A stretch of 64,000 nucleotides of DNA from contig NGBS01000292.1 of NCBI GenBank assembly GCA_002245135.1, positions 558,001 to 622,000 on the forward strand, in the 5' to 3' direction. This stretch comes from Proteromonas lacertae. Its lineage: Eukaryota. Shown piece after piece: positions 54,401 through 64,000 of the stretch. The notes below the pieces were generated by a model. The model saw only the letters and a program-made list of their open reading frames with translations. It ran no database searches and was not told where the DNA came from. Numbering within the stretch: position 1 is the stretch's first letter; each line of letters opens with the position of its first letter. A program made the translations under genes and the position numbers.

Positions 54401-55659
54401 ATCTGATCGTGTCTCTTAATATTGTATCTGATTTGGATGGTTTCATTGTACGGTTTAATCTGGAAGTTGTATTATTATTATTACTTGTAAGAGATTTTAG
54501 TTTTAATAAAAACTTTGGATTTTGATCTAATAATAGAAATAAAATAAGATTAAGAAGGAGAATAAATATATATAAAAAAAATAAAAAATAAAATATATAC
54601 AAGTTATAATTCCATCAGGATTACATTCTTTATGTTCATATAAATCATACGATATATTATTAATCGGAATAATTGTAGTAATAGGAGAAGAATGACACCA
54701 TAATCTATTACCTTTCAACTCAACTTCTTCTTCAGTAGTTTGATGATGGTTTGGTAAATGGATTAATATTAATGAACAAAGATCTTTTGTAAATTTATCA
54801 CATTTATAAACACCAGCTGTTATACATAACACTCGACTCTTATAAGCCAAATGTATTTTGTAGATTTCTGATGTAGTACTATAAATATATATATAAATAT
54901 ATATAAATATACATATTTGGAATCATTCCTTCATATTGTCCAGTTAATTCGTGATATAATACTACACTATGTCCTGCACCTATATATAATGTCTGCGAAG
55001 TAGGATCATAGGTAAATGGTCGTTGGTAATAGAAATTGTGTAATTTAAACTGAATTCTGTGAGTGATTCGATATTCATTGGATGTTTTTAGATAACGAAC
55101 ACAATTGACATATACGTAGTTTGATTTATTTTCTTTTGAAGCTATTAAATAAATAAATATATATATATAATTCTATACTGATTATCACCAATTCCATATT
55201 ACTGTCAATCAACATACATTCAACATATATACCCTACAATTTATATAATAAATATATTAATATACATTCACATGAGCTTTCTTTGTAAACAATACGTCAA
55301 ACTGAGAATTTATTACATAAAGACTAACAGCAGGTCCTGCATCTTCTACAACTAGTAAATACGCAGGCCCATTCTATGATAATTATTTATGCACTTTTAT
55401 ACTAATGATATAGAGAATATTTTCTGAATTATTCCAGGAAATGGGGCTACACATTGCTTTACCATCTACAAAGTTATATATCATATTCAATACAGATAAT
55501 TTACCTTCTGTATTCCACAATGTTAAGATATTACCATCAAATGTCAATAGCTCTGAATATTCGTGATGAAAAGCGGTTGATAGTACTCCTCCCACGGTTG
55601 CACTTACCTACATATTATATTTTTCAGTATACATAATCAAGTAACCTTAATAAAACCAT
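47964..55659 (-). CDS. Very large multi-exon protein: N-terminal WD40-like beta-propeller, acidic region, C-terminal coiled coil (single-gene model uncertain)
   Basis: Continuous minus-strand ORF pieces are linked by short introns. WD-like segments (IAVGSIDGYLRIYS, MLTGGSDGVV, ITIDTVGTLKLW). E/R-rich coiled coil around 48500-49000. Confidence 0.6.
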
Positions 55660-57249
55660 TTTTTAAATTATAACAACAAATTTCTCAAACATAAGTTTGA
55701 GTCTATTTTTGTTTATATCTCACTAATTATTCGTTTTTGTTACTTAAGATTGTGTAATATATAATACTGACTATATCATAAATTGATTTATCTATTAAAA
55801 AGAAAAAGAGGTGAAAATCTTTTTCTTCTTACTTTAAATTATGCATTTTTTTTATTTATTAGATGTATATTAATTATAGTATTAATATTACTCTCTTTTT
55901 TTAAGAATGAAACAATCGACTAAGATTGAACTGCGATTGTTTTATGGACCAATTGTTTATTAATCATTCTATATAAATTAAGCCTCATCTCATTCTTTTT
56001 TTAATTTCTTGAATGCTTGATATACACAACGCTAATTAGTTATAAAATAATTTATTCAACAAAGGATTTGAAGTAGATGGTATAAATTACAATATATACA
56101 TTCAGTATTATTTATGATAAGTATGATAAAACAAGCTAGATGTCTTCAAGTTGTGGTGTAGACGTAATGGTATTGTCTTAAAAAGACTTTCTTCATCAAA
56201 AAATGAAAAGCTTCCATACAACTGTAATGGATAACCAACTAATACATATCTGTTATTCTCGCTTTACTTGATCATATCTTCAATTAGGTCTATAACAAAA
56301 CAATTAACAGAGTAAAAATTGTAATTATTATAACATTATTGTTATATATGAGTGGGTGCGATAAATTATAGCCAATCGGAGAGAACTTCCGTTGAGTTTC
56401 AATATATTAAAATTGAAATTTGAAAATTTTGTAAATGATCATCAATATATTAGTATTGTATACTTAATATATATCTCTTTACATAGATTTGCAATTAATT
56501 ATTAGTTTTGAAAGAATAAATTTTCATTGAAATATTTATTTTGAACAAATTTAGGTTAACAAGGCATTCAGTATGAATTCTACAAGGATAAGATATACAA
56601 TATTTCATCTCCGTAAATTATCTCCTTTAGATAACTTAGAAATTGATGATGCAGCTGATTTTTCCTTCATTGAGAAGATCTTTTCAAAATTCTACACAAT
56701 GAACTGTAGAACATTAGATATTCAAAGGATGATTATAGTACAGAAGATAATCAGAGTGTAAAGATATAACCATAATATATACGTTGGATATGAAAGGTAA
56801 GCTAGCCAAGCCAGTTATGACATATTCATTTGTGTTTATTTAAATGTCTGTAGAATTAATATCTTTAAAACTAATATTTGATGATAATACTAATAATTAA
56901 TCTTCTGCGTATGAAAATATTTCTAAGTCATTATATGTAAGAATAACAGAATTCTGTAAGGTAATTGGCTTTAAGGATATACTATATTTGGATATTTATT
57001 AATCAAATCTTCAATAAAGTTCATGTCTTAGTTAATACTATTTTTAAGGATAATTAGCTTCTTTCAGTAATTGGCTTTTACAACATCAATTACATTCAAA
57101 GTATATTTAATATAAATATGTTTCTTCATATTTGTGGAATACTATTGTCATAGATTTTTCACCTTCAATTTGCGAAATTCCGTTTTAGATTTTTTTGGTG
57201 ATTTTTTGGTGCTTTTTTAATCAAATTATCAGATATACATTAATTGCTT

Positions 57250-60117
57250 TGAGTATAAGTTTATATTTATATTTCATCAGTGTTCTTATGTTTTGGGGTT
57301 TTGGCAGAGATTTATTATCCTTCAGAGTTTCAATTAGAATTTGGTACTGAAATGGAGCCAGTTTCCCCTCAACCATCTAGATATGGATATTACAGGCACA
57401 CCATTAGCTGTAGGAGATTTAAATTTTAATATTAATTATGAAGGATCAGATGGTGAAAGAGAAGAGGTTTATGTATGTGGGTATGTTCATAATGTTCTGA
57501 AAATCAGCTGTGGTATGAATGAATTATCAATATCAACGCCAATAAGTGTAATTATAACATGTGAATCATCAGAATATGTTTTAAGAGATTTATGGACAAT
57601 GCAACCAAATGATTTAGAAGGTTCATTAGAGGGTGGAGTTTTAAAATTTGATAATTTTTATCCAAAAAAATATTGAAATAACGATTTTTGCTGAAGGATA
57701 TGTAAGAATAGCAAAAACAAAATTTATAATATGAAAATGGTATTTGGGTTATAGCAAACGATTTAAAGACAGTAGACTGTAAAGAATATACTGCAAATTT
57801 AGATAGTTACAATCACGCTGAAGTAGTATTTGGAGTGATAAAATCCCAATATTTTCTTCCATTATTACAGCAATGAATGTAACAATGATTGGTTATATTG
57901 ATGTCGAAGCTGATTGGGGCGAATATACATTTTACATACTGAATTTAAATGTTTAGCAATTGGTGATTATAGTTATGAGGTAAATGGTTTGATGAATATA
58001 CTTTTACAGTATATGCAAATGGATATAAAGTTCATCAAGTTATTGCAAGTAGAATGTTGATGGGTGTTGTTAATACAAGTATTTTATAACTTTATTATTA
58101 TTATTGTTATTGTATAGATTATGAAGCTCCTACATTCAAATATGATATACTGATACAGTTGAATTATATTCAGGATATGATATATTATTAATTTCAATAT
58201 CAAGTGGTGTAAAATTGATGGTGCTGTTATAGACGTAAATGATTATACAATAACAGCTGTAAATGATTATAGTCAATATTCTGTATATTTGAATATTAAA
58301 GTAATTAAACGAGATTATTTTGAAGAAAGATGTTTGATGAAGAATGGATTAGTTGTTACTGTTATTACTCAAGTAGATCAACATCCAAATGATATGGGTT
58401 ATAGATTAATCGATTCAAAAGATAATATATTAATAGATAGAAGAAAAAGATCATTTGTTGGTAATAGAACATACAATTTAAGAATATGTGTAGAACCAGA
58501 TTGGTATACTTTACAACTTTTTAATTATTCAATGTATGGATGGAGAAGTGGTAATTTGAAAATCAAAACGTACAGATAAAATATTTAAAATTGGACATAT
58601 TTATAATGATGAAGCATTATTCTTTATATCAGGAAATAGTATCACATAATCCCATTCATTAGGTAATGATTTCATTCCTGGTTTAACATTTGATTACAAA
58701 AATGGCCATGTAAATTGAATACCTATAAAAGTAGGTAAATGGCCAGTAACATTTACAGTTTCAAATAGTTATGGGAGAAGCGAACATAATATGGATATTG
58801 TCGTTGAAGAAGGTTTGAGTGATATTGTCATAATTTTATATAACAGAACATTAATATTGAACTTGTATGAAACATATGAAGAATTCCAAATATTCTGGGT
58901 TGAAAGTACAGAAACAGTTCAATATAGTGCAAAGAACCTTCCATATGATTTGAGTATTAATCCTGATATAGGATTGTTTGGTGGTAGACCTGAACAAGTA
59001 GGTGATGATGAATATGAATTTACATTAGAGAATTCAAAAGCTAAACAAATAGTTAATATCAAAATTACAGTTGTAGAATATGATGATGTAAAAACTGTTG
59101 ATTATGTAAAAGAAATAATATTGAATTATGGAGAAAAGTATTACATACAGTGTAAATAAAGAATTACCAAAAGATCTTGTTTATAATAATAATACAGGAG
59201 GATTTTCAGGGCAAGTATTTGCAGATCCTCAAACTGCAATTTCTTATATATTCACCTGTAAATTATCAAATGGAAAAAACAAATCACAGACCATTCCAAT
59301 ATCAGTTATTAGGGATGATAATACTCCTATACTTGTTACCAAACTCAATAAAGTGGAATTAACTGTTGGCGAAGATGTGAATAAAGCATGGTTTGAAGTA
59401 AAAGGTGATGATTTATTATATAGTTATGATATATTACCAATGGGTTTAGAGATTGATCAAAATACTGGAATGATAATGGGATATGCTACTGAAGCATTTA
59501 GACAAAGAGATGTTACATTTAGGGTTAAAAATAAAAGTGGTAGAGAAATTAAATTTGAAATAAATTTAATTGTAAAACCAACAGATAAGCCAGTGATTCC
59601 TGATTCTTCTGTTTATAAGAATGTAAGTATTCCAATAGGAAAAGCTGTAAGTCAAAAAATATTTGATGCATTAGGTGATAAAATATCAATTGCTTCAATA
59701 GAACCACCATTACCAAGTGGATTTGCATTGGATTCCTATGGTTATTTACAAGGATTAACAGTGTATGATATTCCAAAAACAATTTATCGTATAACAATAT
59801 CTGATAAATATGGAAAAACAACATCTGTTGAAATTCCTTTAGAATTTATTTCAATGAAATGTAAAGCTGAAAAGATAATCCTGTTGGAGAAATTGCAGTA
59901 AAGAAATGCAGAGGATATAAAACTAGAAAATGTTTATCTGTAGATGGCAAAAAGAGATTGATGAATGTTCATCAAATAATACTGGTGTTTTAGTTGGATT
60001 AATAATTGGTTGTATAATTGGAGGAGGAGTTATTTTCTTAGGAGGTTATTGCCTTTATGTGAGAATTGGTGCAAAAAAAAAACACTACTGAATGTAAAAG
60101 ATAGTGATGTAATTTAA
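57250..60117 (+). pseudogene. He_PIG (putative Ig) repeat cell-surface protein with C-terminal TM anchor, disrupted by stops and frameshifts
   Basis: Repeats LPYDLSINPDIGLFGG, LPKDLVYNNNTGGFSG, LPMGLEIDQNTGMIMG and LPSGFALDSYGYLQG. C-terminal GVLVGLIIGCIIGGGVIFLGGYCLYVR followed by a basic tail. Multiple frame breaks. Confidence 0.7.
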
Positions 60118-61424
60118 TTTTGAAATTTCTACCTCTTTTTTAACTCTTACTATTTTTCATAGCTGTTGTTTATTAGTAAGTATATTGATATTAAGCTTCA
60201 TCTCAATCGTTCTTTTTAATTATTTATTTATTTCATGATTGACAGGCTTAACACTAATTAGTTATAAAATACTATATTATGAAATGATTTGCATAAATAA
60301 TAAGAATTAATAAGAGATAAAATGTATATAATAAATAAAAAAGTTTAGAAAATTTAAAGGTGAAGTCTCGTCAAAAGAATAGATGCTACAGATAACTTAG
60401 CAATTAAAGTGAAAGGATATAAAATTCATATCATAGGACACAATGCCATGAAATATGATCAGCATTTTATCCTTCCTTCTAGCAAATAATTATCTCATTT
60501 ATAATATATAACAGAGGATTAAATGATATTATGTTTTAATCTGTTATAGTCTAATCATTTCTATTGAAGAGTATTTAATGAAGAAATATGATCATTTAAA
60601 ACAATTGAAAGTGTTTAGAGCCAACTTTAATATTTTTATTGAAGATCATTCTGTAGTTAATTATTTTAATTTGATTATTGACTATCTTTATTGTTTGTAA
60701 CTATTAGAATATTATAGTTATCTTTGACATACACCGTTTTGCAAAGAATTTATCATACATTATTCGATTTATATTAAAATATGGAATATACACTACACGA
60801 TAGTCATTTAAATAATCATCATCAGTTTGTATCTTATAAAATCTCCATTTCTGGATATTAATAATTTGTCTTGGATATGTTCTAATGAAATAATGCATTA
60901 TGTATCATGCACAATATACTAAAAAAAAATAAAAAGAATATGGATAAATATATCACTAGAATAAGTTTTTAACATATTTTATTACATTTGGTGTATTATC
61001 TGTGATTATATACATTACCTGAAATTGATATTGCTCTTTTACAGATTGTATTGAATTTGAAAAAGTTGAACTACATTCATCTTCAATTACTATATCTTCA
61101 TTTTGTCTATTCAATTAAAGTTTGATTAATTTTTATACAAATTTTATGTTTTCAGGTATATCATCACCACCATATTCAATAGAATTGCAGTTGATGGGCT
61201 TTTAACAAATACTCAATACCAACCTCTTATCAGTAATATTAGTAACATATAAGATTGTTAAAATAATAATTCATCATGGTAATAGCGCTGTTTTCGAGAA
61301 TAATTAGCTCCTTTCACTACTTTAACATACATATTAATCAATAATACAACTATTTTACTATTATTCACAGCATTTAATTTTAAAATAAAAATTTGAAACG
61401 AATCTATTTTCGCAATTTCAAATT

Positions 61425-63433
61425 ATGTTCAAAATACCATTCAGAACTATATATAAAACTGTTATTAATGTCAGAAAAGCAAATAATGTGATGAAATTTA
61501 CTCAAAAATTATTTAGTACAGTTAGTAATTCAATTCGAACAATGACTTCTATTCCTAATGATACTCTATCTCCTCCATCAGTATATCTAATATACATATT
61601 TAAATTGTTTTTAATAGTCAACAGAGTTGGCTAGATCTAGTCATTTTGCATATTTAATATATAATAGTGTATACTATGTTATTATATTGATGTAGAATCT
61701 ATTGAATCGATTCTACCCCAAAGGCACCTTTTTCCCAAAATCATTTTCATTTGTTGTAACAATTGAGAAAGTAACCTATGTCATTTATCGAGGAACAGAA
61801 GTTACAAACTATCTAGACATTCTGACTGATCTTTATGCAACGAAAGTTCATCCATTTGGTAAAGGAAATGGAATAGTTCATGAAGGTTTTTTTCATAGAT
61901 CTAGAATAGATTTTGGTATTTCAATCAATGCAAAAGAAGATAAATACGATGAAGGAAGTATACTTGATTTAATAGGAAAAAGTGAAGGTGAGAAATTGAT
62001 ATTTACAGGTCATAGTTTAGGTGGAGCATCAGCTGAATTGAGTTTTCTTCGTTATATCACATTTTGTGAGAATTTCCCAAACAATACAGCTAGTCGATAT
62101 AAAGATAAATGTAGTTATATAGCCTATGCTGCACCAATAAATACAAGTATTGAAATAAGAAAAAGATTTGAGAAATATACAAATCAAATGCATTCTATTG
62201 ATCAATACAATGATCCAATTGTAGAAGCTAATAGAGATTTAGAAAGAAGTATGTAATATATGTTATTATTTTATTAAATAGTTTTTCTATTAAGAGATTC
62301 TGCAGATGCTAAAGAAGATTATACTGGTCTTTATCCTTTTAATTTTGATGAATATCTAGATGAAATGTATCTAACCTCTAAAAATGAGATATTGGAATAT
62401 TTGAAGAAGAAGTTATCTGAAAGACAAAATGAATTGAAGAAATCTAATAAGAATTTACCAACCAAAACAAAAGTGAATAAGTTCTTTTCTTTTATTAATA
62501 GAATAATTGAATTTTTCAGGAAATTGTTTCATTTTAATGAAAGAAAACAGAAAAAGAATAATGAAGAATATTTGAATGATTTAGTGATATTATGTAATGA
62601 TTTATCAAATGGTTTATTAGATATTACTAGAATGATGAGTGAAATGAAAGAAAAATTTTCTAAAGCTAAGTTTAATGAAATATTTTCAAATGGTAATAAA
62701 AAGAATAATGAAAATAATAAGAAAGTGTTATATGAAGATGATTACTTAATATCATTTGGAGAATCAATTAAAAAGATGATGGAAAGTACAATCAATGATA
62801 TAAATGATTTAATAAAAAAAGCAGATGATGTTTTCATTGTAAATACACATAACAAAAATTTGAAAGAAATTACTAAAACAAGAATTGATAATTCAAAGAA
62901 TAGTGAAATAGAAGAAGTATTCAAAGATTATTTAATTACGACAATAATGATATATAAAAATGAGTTTGAAAAAAGTATAAATAAACTATTTGAACCTCAG
63001 AAAGATAAATCAACAGAAAAACTAGAAGAGAAAACAACCAACTATATTGATGAATTAATAGAATCAATCAATTTAATAATCAATTATTTTTATTTGACAA
63101 TAAAAAATCTTGATTTATCACCTGAATTTATAATGAAATCAATAGATACAATTCAACAGGTTATTCAAACAACAAATTTTTCAATTTCAAAGTTAGTTCC
63201 AGTTTATGAACCAATATCATTACCACTTGGAATTCATCATATAGTATAAACCAAATATATTTATTTATTATTATATATTCTTATAGATAATGAAAGATGG
63301 AAGTTTATTAAATACTACAGATCCTGATGTTATTTGTGACATTTATAAGAAATATAGAGATGATTCAGATCCTAATATGCATAGAATGAGAAATTATGCT
63401 ATATTTATAAATGAATTAAATTATAGTAAATAA
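61425..63433 (+). CDS. Class 3 lipase paralogue with N-terminal presequence-like extension and long helical insertion
   Basis: YRGTE, HEGF, GHSLGGA, DPI and C-terminal HRMRNY. The N-terminus MFKIPFRTIYKTVINVRKANNVMKFTQKLFSTVSNSIRTMTS is basic and hydroxylated with no acidic residues. Confidence 0.85.
61911..62216 (+). repeat. Copy 2 of the ~306-nt near-identical lipase tract
   Basis: Matches 33550-33855. Confidence 0.92.
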
Positions 63434-63492
63434 ATTGTGTGTGTTATGAAATGTGTATATGTTTTGTTGGTAAAGAAAAAAAAGTAGAAAAA

Positions 63493-64000
63493 TTATTTTT
63501 TAATTATTTTCATTATATTCTTTTTTAACTCATTCTCTTCATTCACCTTATCCAATATCACATATAATCCACTTTCTTTAAATGCCTTTATATATTCTTC
63601 ATTGTGTGTTTGTAAAAGATTGTTTATTATATACAAAATATTCATTATTAATTCTTCATCATAATCACTACATACTCTTAATAACAAACTAAAAATATCA
63701 TATCTTATTAATAATTCATGTAAATTCTTATTACAAGAGAAATTAACCAACATTTTCATTATTATTTTAGTGAATTTTGGATTATTTAATAGAAGTAGTT
63801 TTAAAATTATTCTTCCAGCATTACATAATACTTCTAATTGAAATATATATATAAATACATACTTTCTGATATTTTATCTATTACTGATATATTTTGGTAT
63901 ATTCTCAGTGCATGACATATTTCATTTTCATCACAATATTCTTCTAAATGAAATATTATACTATTCACACCATCTAATGATATAAACTCTTTTATTATTT
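63493..64000 (-). CDS. ARM/HEAT-repeat-like protein, C-terminal part; continues beyond the window
   Basis: Helical repeats such as IMKMLVNFSCN, LIMNILYIINNLL and FKESGLYVILDK. One short intron near 63835-63861. Confidence 0.5.

Overview
This is eukaryotic nuclear DNA, not prokaryotic. It is very AT-rich and gene-dense, and most genes are split by very short (mostly about 25-45 nt) GT(AT)...TAG introns. That gene structure, a stramenopile-type mastigoneme (Mas/Ocm/Sig) gene, He_PIG-repeat proteins and a class II ribonucleotide reductase suggest an anaerobic gut stramenopile of the Blastocystis/Proteromonas type (inference). About 25 protein-coding loci can be reconstructed by eye: small Tim, DUF1648/DUF5808-like membrane protein, nrdJ, NTPDase, WNK, SF1, SAC1, PDI, UBL-Tudor protein, RPS16, hnRNP-Q-AcD-like protein, RPL10, GCP2, XRRA1-like LRR protein, two class-3 lipases, two BTB-He_PIG-SPRY paralogues, BRWD/PHIP, mastigoneme protein, a large WD40/coiled-coil protein, several pseudogenes and unknowns. 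The most striking unexplained signal concerns the only two ribosomal-protein genes. Each carries GAGCATT just upstream of the ATG and its reverse complement AATGCTC just downstream of the stop, extended by gene-specific complementary arms, so each mRNA could pair its 5' UTR with its 3' UTR. Other findings are a near-identical 306-nt tract shared by two otherwise diverged lipases, E2F/CCAAT-like motifs before the intronless class II RNR, oriented upstream motifs, and many single-base indels (probably long-read errors). Exon boundaries were read manually and are approximate. No database searches were run.
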